From assembly GCF_964204645.1 (NCBI RefSeq), contig NC_134034.1, positions 14,066,010 through 14,130,009 on the forward strand: 64,000 nt of DNA. Direction: 5' to 3'. A program made the position numbers and the translations under genes. The stretch comes from Tubulanus polymorphus. Its lineage: Eukaryota; Animalia; Nemertea. The notes beneath the pieces were generated by a model, which made no database searches, was not told where the DNA came from, and was given only the letters and a program-made list of their open reading frames with translations. Below are positions 1 to 12,912 of the stretch, piece after piece (position 1 is the stretch's first letter; each line of letters opens with the position of its first letter).

Positions 1-436
1 TTGAGTAGAATAAACAAAACTCTAGCGTTACGCCTACATCTGAAATAATACAAAACACTGAAAATCATTATTTCTTCATCAGATAAAAAATGAAAACAGA
101 TTCAACAAGATTCAAAATGCTTTTAGTGCCAAGAATTTTCAGTGGTACAATTTTTTTGTCATACAAGACTTAACGGTAAATTGGTTCAGACTTAGAGCAG
201 GGAACACTATATGAATTTATTCCCACACCGTCTGAAATTACAAATTTCACAATGAAATTTGCAGCGTGTTCGTTGCTCAGCAGCAGGTGAATCGCAACAT
301 TCAAACATGATTGATATTTCCACAGTAAATTGAGCCGCAATCTTTGACAAGCTTTCAAATCATGACGGCATCAATGATTTGGGAACGGTGCTGAAAACCT
401 ACTTGGATTTTGGTCAACTCGGTTTTAAAACACCAC

Positions 437-761
437 AGTTTTTAACTTCGAAACTGTTTCTACAAATCTACTGTGGGTTTTTTATTCGTCGACTAAAAGT
501 GGTGCAACGCCGTGCATATCACAGCAGTTTGTGTCAGTTGCGATCGAAAGCAACTGTTGGCCTACCGTAGACCGGAGTAGAACACGGGCAACTAGCCGGA
601 TACGGCTTGCGACGAGTCGGTAGGCGTCGGGTTGTCGTCGCAAGCCGGCTCACGTCGAACAGATAGAGCAGCAACTGGCGGCCTCTCGTAGGCCGTTAAT
701 CGGCGATTAACCCAGTTGTGTCGGTAGGCATCGTGTTGCTTGGCGACATAAGTCAGCCTTA
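437..761. mobile_element. Probable truncated GC-rich non-autonomous DNA transposon co-captured with the RNF19 fragment (second copy 11651-11976)
   Basis: GC-rich with repeated gtcggtaggc. Ends ...gacataagtcagcct|taa, resembling a Harbinger-type end. The other end is missing at the junction. Confidence 0.35.
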
Positions 762-900
762 ATCCTGCTTTCTCAGAGAACTGCTCTTCCTTCTCTTTGA
801 GATTTTCCTAAATCTGCACCCGTACCTTCGCCGTGCCCTCCTCCAATTTTCTCAGGGGATCCACGTGATTCGTGAGATTGTAGTCGGGAAAATCTCTTAC

Positions 901-1700
901 CTGTTTTGGAATCCGCTCGGTCTGGCAACGGCGCTTCCCGATAAACTACCGTTCAAACTGGAGCCAGCAATCGCTCTGTTACTGGCCGATTAGCGATCGC
1001 TCTCATCGCGGATTATCCCGACTCGGTCGATGTGGCTTCCGCTAGCGCTAAGACTGCCAGTCATAGCCATGGACATCTCACCGATACTAGGTCCGATACT
1101 GGGGTTCGCTACCCGGTCACTGGTCGTTTCTATACTGTGAGAATCAGCTACAACAAATATAAACATTCACTCATACTAGTACTGAACTAACTAAAATGAT
1201 GTCATAGGGGGATTTATATAGCAGCCACACCAGACAACGTGGCTTTATCAGTTAATCCCCCTATGACATCATCAAATTATCTTTCTATTTCTGGCAAGTC
1301 TATATAAAACGTAGAAAAGTTGGCCACCTCCAATAAATCCCCCTATGACATCATCAAATTATCCCTTATGAATCCTAGAAAGACAGCCGATTCCGGACCC
1401 TGCGCTATATGAAAAGTATGGTTTAAGTACTTACGGGCGTAAGGCCCCGATGGGCCACTTCCTTCGTTCTCTTCGAACTCAAATCGAACTCCGCCCGGAG
1501 TCAGTCGTCGATACGCTGCAACCACCGCTGCGACACAGCGATATCGGTACCACGCCGTAAACATACGCCAATAATATCGGTACACCGATACCAACGGCTA
1601 AACTAGCGACAACTGGCTCTACAATAACAGACGCAGTTACACCACCGGCTATTACCATATTCCTCTTGTGCTGTGGTAGGTGACCGTAACGTGTATGTAA
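901..1700 (-). pseudogene. RNF19: RNF19A/B-family RBR E3 ligase fragment, two exons (1700-1435, 1147-901) with their intron; disabled
   Basis: Translations [60 protein letters not shown] and NPSIG..GSLSASGSHIDRVG..GSLSGS match the transmembrane and post-TM region of RNF19/Dorfin as I recall it. Splice sites tttcag|..|gtaagt and ttgtag|..|gtaaga. A +1 frameshift lies before GGVRFEFEE, and this copy has GAA>TAA in the second exon. No RING/IBR exons in the window. Confidence 0.9.
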
Positions 1701-1946
1701 CTGAAACACAAGATAAACACATGAGAAATAGCATTTTTCATAGTAAAATTTGCGATAAAAATCTAGCGCGTGGTGGATTTAGGTTCCAATTTCTGTTTCT
1801 GACTAGCGCCAACAAGCGAGTAATTTCAGAACTTGAATTTGTCGATATCCTGTATTTCACCCGATAAGCCTTATCATATGTCCTTGTCATTACGGTTAAA
1901 TGACAGTAACCACTTGATATGGTTTATGCGCAGTGTTTAGAACTAG

Positions 1947-3450
1947 GTCAATTTCAGGTGTAGACGTGTCGCAGGTTTCAGTTATTGAGATCCTCCTCCA
2001 TTAGACTGAAAATAAATCAAACAACATTCATTATAACATCATTAGAGCAATTCACAAAAATCATATCAAATATTCGACATGAATAAGAGTAACTAAACAA
2101 ACCTGATCTAAACATCATCTTCTTTTGAGTAGAATAAACAAAACTCTAGCGTTACGCCTACATCTGAAATAATACAAAACACTGAAAATCATTATTTCTT
2201 CATCAGATAAAAAATGAAAACAGATTCAAAATGCATTTAGTGCCAACAATTTTCAGGCTTAGAATTTTTTTTCTCATACAAGACATAACGGTAAATTGGT
2301 TCAGACTTAGAGCAGGGAACACTATATGAATTTATTCCCACACCGTCTGAAATTACAGATTTCACAATGAAATTTTCAGCGTGTTCGTTGCTCAGCAGCA
2401 GGTGAATCGCACCATTCAAACATGTTTGATATTTCCACAGTTAATTTTGTCGCAGCAAATATTTTTGCTAAGTCCCAAACACAGTAAATTGAGCTGCAAT
2501 CTTTGACAAGCTTTCAAATCATGATGGCATCAATGATTTGAGAACGGCGCTGAAAACCTGCTTGGATTTTGGTTAACTCGGTTTTAAAACACCACTGAAA
2601 CTGGTTTGTAGAGGTCTGTGATTAGGGCCTAAGATATATCTACCTGAATTGAGGGACCACTTGTTCACTTCATCGCCAAACAGTTATTCCTTGAACTTCC
2701 TGATTACTGCAGTTAATTAGTAGAGCATCACCCTGAAATAAACATAGAAACCTGTCAGAGAAAGCACTCTAAAATCCAGGGTATCAGAGGGGTCAAATGC
2801 TCCATCTGTATTGATAGTAATAGTTTAGGCCTCGATCCACTCTTTATGTTATTGATACTTTTTACTGCGGTGAGGGCTAGTGGTTAGAGCGTTCATCTCT
2901 GGGAAGCCAGGTCGTGGGTTCGATCCCCGTTGTGTCCTCGGGCAAGACACTTATCCTCACTGCCTCTCTCCACCCAGGAGTAAATGGGTACCTGGTCTGA
3001 TAGATGACGCCTGAGCGCTTGTTAGCTTGTTGATCACTGATACATTTTAGAGTATTAAAATTGGCGGGGTAATAATACCGAAAAATGTAAAGCGCTCTGA
3101 GCAGCTTGGCTGGATTTAGCACTATATAAGACACATATTGATATTATTATTATTACTGAATGATAATGGTTTTACAGCACGCATCAGTGAATAGAGATTG
3201 CTGCTGCTCGTGGGGTTAAACCGGAGTGTTTTATGTCGCTCTCCATCTCGAATCACCTTCATACATCACAAGTATTCGATTCATAAGTAAATTTACTTAC
3301 TGTATTTCAATGTTGAAATGGTTTGAAGACATTCTGTCGCTTCTGCGTTGAAAGAGAAGCTTCTAAATATTTCAAGTGTAAATAGCGATTTATTCGTCCG
3401 CCATGCTTGTTCTGCAGACCGCGCAGCTCGAGGTCGACTAGGACTCAGCG
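1947..3450 (-). ncRNA. Putative spliced non-coding gene of unit A (representative copy)
   Basis: Minus strand: exon 1 ends at 3301 (ACA|GTAAGT). Exon 2 is 2732-2644 (tttatttcag|..CAG|GTAGAT). A 49-nt intron at 2643-2595 has a CCTAAT branch point and tttcag. Further acceptors at 2347, 2164 and 2006. Spliced exons 1+2 hit a stop in each frame I traced. Expression not shown. Confidence 0.5.
2868..3152 (+). mobile_element. tRNA-derived SINE with CORE-like middle and L2-type 3' tail
   Basis: A box GGCTAGTGG, B box GGTTCGATCCC, middle TGTGTCCTCGGGCAAGACACTT..CCACCCAGGAGTAAATGGGTACC, tail TGTAAAGCGCTCTGAG..(TTA)n. TSD TTACTG. Empty site in paralogs at ~13290 and ~20248. Confidence 0.9.
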
Positions 3451-5000
3451 GCAAGAGCGCTCCGGGCACCAACTAAAGAGTTTACGGTAGTGCCCGCAGT
3501 AGACTTAACATGCCGCTCCGAATTGATAGTTGCGGGAAATAATACCACGAAATTAGAAATTTGTAGCGATTTCCGTGCAATAGTTGAACAGATGAATTTC
3601 CTACTAAAATCCTGCAACAAATTGGTATCAATCTGAACGGGATAAATACGTCCAGACACAAACAACGTCCGATGGACTGGGTGTAAAGCGGGACTCGACC
3701 CTTCCCGGTTGGAGTAAATATCTAACAGGTGGTGCTCCGGTAGATTTTGTGAAACAGCTGATGACATTTTCATGATCTTTAGACGAGTTTGATCGCCGTT
3801 TTACCGTCGTGGAATGGCACCTATTGTGAAAACTGATTAGGTGTGAAGTGATGCAATGATATTCAGTTGAAGTCAAACGACGTGAAGGGCTCTGAGACTG
3901 ATGTGGACTTTACGAGAGGAATAAACTATTTTTTAGAAGGTATCAAGATGGATCTGGCACAGAGCCAAAGCCGGCAAACTGACTTATGAATTTTATTTCT
4001 GTGTTGTTGATAGTCTCGAGAGACTAGCGCTAATATTGTATAAATCTAGATTCGTTCTCGCGAGATTATCAACAATCCGGAAATAAAGTGCAACCTGATT
4101 TAGAAGGCCTGGCCGGCCCGGGGGCGCAAACCCTATTGATATTGATGAAAGCAAAATACTTGACTGTTTTTAGAGTAAAAATACAGATATCTTTTCTTAA
4201 TCTATTTATAGACTGATTCTGAAGAAGAGGAGAACACAAATAACAGTTTTCATCATCATTATCATCATCATCATCATCATCTGTGCGGTCTGAAGTATCT
4301 AGAGGTCACCAAGACTCAACATTACCCCTTTCATATCATTCGAGGTCGAATTTTATATTTATGTGACAAATATCTATGAAATATTTTGCTCAAATAAATT
4401 CATTCTGTTTTCATATTGATGAAATGAAGTGTAGTTATTCATTTCAGTTAGAAATTCCTCTCTGTTTTGAGGAATTACTATTTTTCCCGACATCAGATCC
4501 AGAATATCACCTAACCATCACCATGACAACGCACCAGTCAAAACTAAACGACAATCATTCAGAAATGAAGCCCTGTAGATTCTAAAATTTGGTTTGAAGT
4601 TTATTTATTTTGGTTGAGTAGATTCTGAATGATGCAAAGTTAACTAGAGACACTGGTTTTATCAAAATCACCATGACAACGCACCTTGCCATCACCATGA
4701 CAACGCACCAGTCAAAACAAACAACAATCATTCAGAAATGAAGCCCTGTAGATTCTTAAATTTGGTTTCAAGTTTCTTTACTTTGGTTGAGTAGATTCTG
4801 AATGATGCAAAGTTTACTAGAGACACTGGTTTTATCAAAATCATCTCTGGAAGACAGTGCCAATCCTGGAAGGGTTTTAACAGTCACTCAGATATTGTGT
4901 TCCACTGCATTCAGATCAAACCAACAGTTCAAACTCAATTTGAGAACTATTTGTGTTTATCTAAAATGCATTTCACGTTTATTTATAAATTTCTAAATTT

Positions 5001-5100
5001 CCAATAGATGGCGTCTGTGATATACAGTTTAATCCAATACGAATACGTATTCGTATTAATCCAATAATTTGGTGGTTCAGCAGAAATCCAATAGGTGGCA
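5001..5100 (+). promoter_or_regulatory. Pair of CTCF-like motifs flanking a 22-bp perfect palindrome (also 8314-8413, 10836-10935, 14556-14655, 19114-19175, 38202-38299)
   Basis: CCAATAGATGGCG and CCAATAGGTGGC(A/G) resemble the CCASYAGRKGGCR core. The palindrome AATACGAATACGTATTCGTATT is at 5036-5057. Binding not shown. Confidence 0.4.
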
Positions 5101-6180
5101 ATCATGTCGTAGTAACTATTCATCAGTATATATCAGACACCCTGGTTTATCATCTGATCAGAATCACTGGGTTTGAACTTGGGACATCCCTCCAAATCCT
5201 CTTATCAGCATGAAACATCACAGTCATTTAGAATCAATAATTCATTCATTTGACGTGCAGTCAATTTCAGGTGTAGACGTGTCGCAGGTTTCAGTTATTG
5301 AGATCCTCCTCCATTAGACTGAAAATAAATCAAACAACATTCATTATAACATCATTAGAGCAATTCACAAAAATCATATCAAATATTCGATATAAATAAG
5401 AGTAACTAAACAAACCTGATCTAAACATCATCTTCTTTTGAGTAGAATAAACAAAACTCTAGCGTTACGCCTACATCTGAAATAACACAAAACACTGAAA
5501 ATCATTATTTCTTCATCAGATAAAAAATGAAAACAGATTCAAAATGCATTTAGTGCCAACAATTTTCAGGCTTAGAATTTTTTTTCTCATACAAGACATA
5601 ACGGTAAATTGGTTCAGACTTAGAGCAGGGAACACTATATGAATTTATTCCCACACCGTCTGAAATTACAGATTTCACAATGAAATTTTCAGCGTGTTCG
5701 TTGCTCAGCAGCAGGTGAATCGCACCATTCAAACATGTTTGATATTTCCACAGTTAATTTTGTCGCAGCAAATATTTTTGCTAAGTCCCAAACACAGTAA
5801 ATTGAGCTGCAATCTTTGACAAGCTTTCAAATCATGATGGCATCAATGATTTGAGAACGGCGCTGAAAACCTGCTTGGATTTTGGTTAACTCGGTTTTAA
5901 AACACCACTGAAACTGGTTTGTAGAGGTCTGTGATTAGGGCCTAAGATATATCTACCTGAATTGAGGGACCACTTGTTCACTTCATCGCCAAACAGTTAT
6001 TCCTTGAACTTCCTGATTACTGCAGTTAATTAGTAGAGCATCACCCTGAAATAAACATAGAAACCTGTCAGAGAAAGCACTCTAAAATCCAGGGTATCAG
6101 AGGGGTCAAATGCTCCATCTGTATTGATAGTAATAGTTTAGGCCTCGATCCACTCTTTATGTTATTGATACTTTTTACTG

Positions 6181-6465
6181 CGGTGAGGGCTAGTGGTTAG
6201 AGCGTTCATCTCTGGGAAGCCAGGTCGTGGGTTCGATCCCCGTTGTGTCCTCGGGCAAGACACTTATCCTCACTGCCTCTCTCCACCCAGGAGTAAATGG
6301 GTACCTGGTCTGATAGATGACGCCTGAGCGCTTGTTAGCTTGTTGATCACTGATACATTTTAGAGTATTAAAATTGGCGGGGTAATAATACCGAAAAATG
6401 TAAAGCGCTCTGAGCAGCTTGGCTGGATTTAGCACTATATAAGACACATATTGATATTATTATTA
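6181..6465 (+). mobile_element. Same SINE, duplicated with the 3313-bp unit
   Basis: Same sequence and TSD as 2868-3152. Confidence 0.9.
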
Positions 6466-7561
6466 TTACTGAATGATAATGGTTTTACAGCACGCATCAG
6501 TGAATAGAGATTGCTGCTGCTCGTGGGGTTAAACCGGAGTGTTTTATGTCGCTCTCCATCTCGAATCACCTTCATACATCACAAGTATTCGATTCATAAG
6601 TAAATTTACTTACTGTATTTCAATGTTGAAATGGTTTGAAGACATTCTGTCGCTTCTGCGTTGAAAGAGAAGCTTCTAAATATTTCAAGTGTAAATAGCG
6701 ATTTATTCGTCCGCCATGCTTGTTCTGCAGACCGCGCAGCTCGAGGTCGACTAGGACTCAGCGGCAAGAGCGCTCCGGGCACCAACTAAAGAGTTTACGG
6801 TAGTGCCCGCAGTAGACTTAACATGCCGCTCCGAATTGATAGTTGCGGGAAATAATACCACGAAATTAGAAATTTGTAGCGATTTCCGTGCAATAGTTGA
6901 ACAGATGAATTTCCTACTAAAATCCTGCAACAAATTGGTATCAATCTGAACGGGATAAATACGTCCAGACACAAACAACGTCCGATGGACTGGGTGTAAA
7001 GCGGGACTCGACCCTTCCCGGTTGGAGTAAATATCTAACAGGTGGTGCTCCGGTAGATTTTGTGAAACAGCTGATGACATTTTCATGATCTTTAGACGAG
7101 TTTGATCGCCGTTTTACCGTCGTGGAATGGCACCTATTGTGAAAACTGATTAGGTGTGAAGTGATGCAATGATATTCAGTTGAAGTCAAACGACGTGAAG
7201 GGCTCTGAGACTGATGTGGACTTTACGAGAGGAATAAACTATTTTTTAGAAGGTATCAAGATGGATCTGGCACAGAGCCAAAGCCGGCAAACTGACTTAT
7301 GAATTTTATTTCTGTGTTGTTGATAGTCTCGAGAGACTAGCGCTAATATTGTATAAATCTAGATTCGTTCTCGCGAGATTATCAACAATCCGGAAATAAA
7401 GTGCAACCTGATTTAGAAGGCCTGGCCGGCCCGGGGGCGCAAACCCTATTGATATTGATGAAAGCAAAATACTTGACTGTTTTTAGAGTAAAAATACAGA
7501 TATCTTTTCTTAATCTATTTATAGACTGATTCTGAAGAAGAGGAGAACACAAATAACAGTT

Positions 7562-7594
<33 letters not shown>

Positions 7595-9488
7595 TGTGCG
7601 GTCTGAAGTATCTAGAGGTCACCAAGACTCAACATTACCCCTTTCATATCATTCGAGGTCGAATTTTATATTTATGTGACAAATATCTATGAAATATTTT
7701 GCTCAAATAAATTCATTCTGTTTTCATATTGATGAAATGAAGTGTAGTTATTCATTTCAGTTAGAAATTCCTCTCTGTTTTGAGGAATTACTATTTTTCC
7801 CGACATCAGATCCAGAATATCACCTAACCATCACCATGACAACGCACCAGTCAAAACTAAACAACAATCATTCAGAAATGAAGCCCTGTAGATTCTAAAA
7901 TTTGGTTTGAAGTTTATTTATTTAGGTTGAGTAGATTCTGAATGATGCAAAGTTAACTAGAGACACTGGTTTTATCAAAATCACCATGACAACGCACCTT
8001 GCCATCACCATGACAACGCACCAGTCAAAACAAACAACAATCATTCAGAAATGAAGCCCTGTAGATTCTTAAATTTGGTTTCAAGTTTCTTTACTTTGGT
8101 TGAGTAGATTCTGAATGATGCAAAGTTTACTAGAGACACTGGTTTTATCAAAATCATCTCTGGAAGACAGTGCCAATCCTGGAAGGGTTTTAACAGTCAC
8201 TCAGATATTGTGTTCCACTGCATTCAGATCAAACCAACAGTTCAAACTCAATTTGAGAACTATTTGTGTTTATCTAAAATGCATTTCACGTTTATTTATA
8301 AATTTCTAAATTTCCAATAGATGGCGTCTGTGATATACAGTTTAATCCAATACGAATACGTATTCGTATTAATCCAATAATTTGGTGGTTCAGCAGAAAT
8401 CCAATAGGTGGCAATCATGTCGTAGTAACTATTCATCAGTATATATCAGACACCCTGGTTTATCATCTGATCAGAATCACTGGGTTTGAACTTGGGACAT
8501 CCCTCCAAATCCTCTTATCAGCATGAAACATCACAGTCATTTAGAATCAATAATTCATTCATTTGACGTGCAGTCAATTTCAGGTGTAGACGTGTCGCAG
8601 GTTTCAGTTATTGAGATCCTCCTCCATTAGACTGAAAATAAATCAAACAACGTTCATTATAACATCATTAGAGCAATTCACAAAAATCATATCAAATATT
8701 CGATATAAATAAGAGTAACTAAACAAACCTGATCTAAACATCATCTTCTTTTGAGTAGAATAAACAAAACTCTAGCGTTACGCCTACATCTGAAATAACA
8801 CAAAACACTGAAAATCATTATTTCTTCATCAGATAAAAAATGAAAACAGATTCAAAATGCATTTAGTGCCAACAATTTTCAGGCTTAGAATTTTTTTTCT
8901 CATACAAGACATAACGGTAAATTGGTTCAGACTTAGAGCAGGGAACACTATATGAATTTATTCCCACACCGTCTGAAATTACAGATTTCACAATGAAATT
9001 TTCAGCGTGTTCGTTGCTCAGCAGCAGGTGAATCGCACCATTCAAACATGTTTGATATTTCCACAGTTAATTTTGTCGCAGCAAATATTTTTGCTTAGTC
9101 CCAAACACAGTAAATTGAGCTGCAATCTTTGACAAGCTTTCAAATCATGATGGCATCAATGATTTGAGAACGGCGCTGAAAACCTGCTTGGATTTTGGTT
9201 AACTCGGTTTTAAAACACCACTGAAACTGGTTTGTAGAGGTCTGTGATTAGGGCCTAAGATATATCTACCTGAATTGAGCGATCACTTGTTCACTTCATC
9301 GCCAAACAGTTATTCCTTGAACTTCCTGATGACTGCAGTTATTCAGTTGAGCATCACCCTGAAATAAACATAGAAACCTGTCAGAGAAAGCACTCTAAAA
9401 TCCAGGGTATCAGAGGGTCAAATGCTCCATCTGTATTGATAGTAATAGTTTAGGCCTCGATCCACTCTGTTATTGATACTTTTTACTG

Positions 9489-9797
9489 CGGTGAGGGCTA
9501 GTGGTTAGAGCGTTCAGCTCTGGGAAGCCAGGTCATGGGTTCGATCCCTGTTGTGTCCTCAGGCAAGACACTTATCCTCATTGCCTCTCTCCACCAAGGA
9601 GTAAATGGGTACCTGGCCTGATAGATGACTCCTGAGCGCTTGTTAGCAGCTCGGTGTTACTTCTCAAAAGGGAGAGATGACTGATACATGTTAGAGTATT
9701 AAAATTGGCCGGGGTAATAATACCGAAAAATGTAAAGCGCTCTGAGCAGCTTGGCTGGATTTAGCACTATATAAGACACATATTAATATTATTATCA
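9489..9797 (+). mobile_element. Same SINE insertion, more complete allele
   Basis: Same site and TTACTG TSD. Retains an extra internal segment (agctcggtgttacttctcaaaagggagag). Confidence 0.9.
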
Positions 9798-12114
9798 TTA
9801 CTGAATGATGATGGTTTTACAGCACGCATCAGTGAATAGAGATTGCTGCTGCTCGTGGGGTTAAACCGGAGTGTTTTATGTCGCTCTCCATCTCGAATCA
9901 CCTTCATACATCACAAGTATTCGATTCATAAGTAAATTTACTTACTGTATTTCAATGTTGAAATGGTTTGAAGACATTCTGTCGCTTCTGCGTTGAAAGA
10001 GAAGCTTCTAAATATTTCAAGTGTAAATAGCGATTTATTCGTCCGCCATGCTGGTTCTGCGGACCGCGCAGCTCGAGGTCGACTCGGACTCGGGCTTTGC
10101 GCTCCGAGCACCAACTAAAGAGTTCACGGTTCTAGCCGCGGATGGCTTTAGATACCGCTCCGGATTACTAGCGGGGGTAATGAATTCCACGGAATTAGCA
10201 ATACGTAACAATTCTAGTGAACTTCCGGGCTATTGTTCGAATAAAACATTTTCTAAAATTATTCCCAATTAATGAAAAAATCAAATAATCTTATAAGTTG
10301 AATTGGTGACTCACAACACGTATTTAACCTAATAGTTTTTTTCAGCGGGGCGCGGCTGAGAGTATCGACAAGTTTTCTATTTCTTTAACAAATATCTGAA
10401 ATTTTTTGCTAAAAATTCATTCTGTTATTATATCGATGAAAATAAGTGTAGTTATTCATTTCGGTATGAAATTTGGCTCTGTTTTCAGGAATTACTATTT
10501 TTCCAGACATCGGATCCAGAATATCACCTTGCCATCACCATGACAACGCACCAGTCATAACTAAACAACAATCATTCAGAAATGAAGCCCTGTAGATTCT
10601 TAAATTTGGTTTCAAGTTTATTTATTTTGGTTGAGTAGATTCTGAATGATGCAAAGTTTACTAGAGACATTGGTTTTATCAAAATCATCTCTAGGGGACA
10701 GTGCCAGTCACTCAGATATTGTGTTCCATTGCATTCAGATCAAAACAAACAGCTCACACTATTTTGAGAACAATTTTTGTTTATCTAAAATGCATTTCAC
10801 ATCTATTTTGACTCAAGATATAAATTTCTAAATTTCCAATAGATGGCGTCTGTGATATACAGTTTAATCCAATACGAATACGTATTCGTATTAATCCAAT
10901 AATTTGGTGGTTCAGCAGATATCCAATAGGTGGCGATCATGTTGCAGTAACTATTCATTAACTATTAACTATTAACTATTGGAACATCCTAAAAATCCTC
11001 GATTCAGCATGAAATATCACAGTCATTTAGAATCAATAATTCATTCATTTGACGTGCAGTCAATTTCAGGTGTAGACGTGTCGCAGGTTTCAGTTATTGA
11101 GATCCTCCTCCATTAGACTGAATATAAATCAAACAACATTCATTATAACATCATTAGAGCAATTCACAAAAATCATATCAAATATTCGATATAAATAAGA
11201 GTAACTAAACAAACCTGATCTGAACATCACCTTCTTTTGAGTAGAATAAACAAAACTCTAGCGTTAGGCCTACATCTGAAATAATACAAAACAAAGAAAA
11301 TCATTATTTCTTCATCAGATAAAAAATGAAAACAGATTCAACAAGATTCAAAATGCTTTTAGTGTCAACAATTTTCAGTTACAATTTTTTTTTATTAGTT
11401 CAGACTTAGAGCAGGGAACACTATATGAATTTATTCCCACACCGTCTGAAATTACAGATTTCACAATGAAATTTGCAGCGTGTTCGTTGCTCAGCTGCAG
11501 GTGAATCGCAACATTCAAACATGTTTGATATTTCCACAGTAAATTGAGCCGCAATCTGTGACAAGCTTCCAAATCATGATAGCATCAATGATTTGAGAAC
11601 GGCGCTGAAAACCTGCTTGGATTTTGGTTAACTCGGTTTTAAAACACCACAGTTTTTAACTTCGAAACTGTTTCTACAAATCTACTGTGGGTTTTTTATT
11701 CGTCGACTAAAAGTGGTGCAACGCCCTGCATATCACAGCAGTTTGTGTCAGTTGCGATCGTAAGCAACTGTTGGCCTACCGTAGGCCGGAGTAGAACACG
11801 GGCAACTAGCCGGATACGGCTTGCAACGAGTCGGTAGGCGTCGGGTTGCCGTCGCTAGCCGGCTTACGTCGAACAGATAGAGCAGAAACTGGCGGCCTCT
11901 CGTAGGCCGTTAATCGGCGATTAACCCAGTTGTGTCGGTAGGCATCGCGTTGCTTGGCGACATAAGTCAGCCTTAATCCTGCTTTCTCAGAGAACTGCTC
12001 TTCCTTCTCTTTGAGATTTTCCTAAATCTGCACCCGTACCTTCGCCGTGCCCTCCTCCAATTTTCTCAGGGGATCCACGTGATTCGTGAGATTGTAGTCG
12101 GGAAAATCTCTTAC

Positions 12115-12912
12115 CTGTTTTGGAATCCGCTCGGTCCGGCAACGGCGCTTCCCGATAAACTACCGTTCAAACTGGAGCCAGCAATCGCTCTGTTACTGGC
12201 CGATTCGCGATCGCTCTCATCGCGGATTATCCCGACTCGGTCGATGTGGCTTCCGCTAGCGCTAAGACTGCCGGTCATAGCCATAGACATCTCACCGATA
12301 CTAGGTCCGATACTGGGGTTCGCTACCCGGTGACTGGTCGTTTCTATACTGTGAGAATCAGCTACAACAAATATAAACATTCACTCATACTAGTACTGAA
12401 CTAACTTAAATGACGTCATAGGGCGATTTATATAGCAGCCACACCAGACAACATGGCTCTATCAGTTAATCCCCCAATGATATCATCAAATTATCTCTTT
12501 TTATGGCTAGTCTATACAAAACGTAGAAAAGTTCGCCATCCCCAATAAATCCCCCTATGACATCATCAAATTATCCCTTATGAATCCTAGAAAGACAGCT
12601 GATTCCGGACCCTGCACTATATGAAAAGAATGGTTTAAGTACTTACGGGCGTAAGGCCCCGATGGGCCACTTCCTTCGTTCTCTTCGAACTCAAATCGAA
12701 CTCCGCCCGGAGTCAGTCGTCGATACGCCGCAACCACCGCTGCGACACAGCGATATCGGTACCACGCCGTAAACATACGCCAATAATATCGGTACACCGA
12801 TACCAACGGCTAAACTAGCGACAACTGGCGCTACGATAACAGACGCAGTTACACCACCGGCTATTACCATATTCCTCTTGTGCTGTGGTAGGTGACCGTA
12901 ACGTGTATGTAA
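12115..12912 (-). pseudogene. RNF19: Second copy of the RNF19-family two-exon fragment (12912-12647, 12361-12115)
   Basis: Paralogous to 901-1700 (offset ~11.2 kb). Shares the +1 frameshift (GACTCCGGGCGGAGTT). The second exon is open (ORF track 12111..12380). Confidence 0.9.

Larger units (their letters stand above)
1947..9279. repeat. Near-identical 3313-bp tandem duplication (~2.2 copies)
   Basis: ORF track repeats with exact period 3313 (2237/5550/8863; 2877/6190; 4802/8115). Only a handful of substitutions seen by eye. Confidence 0.97.

Noticed and set aside
71-82. Hammerhead core CTGATGA-GAAA on the minus strand (also CTGATGA at 9326 and 27050)
   Set aside because: No stem II or flanking stems I/III.
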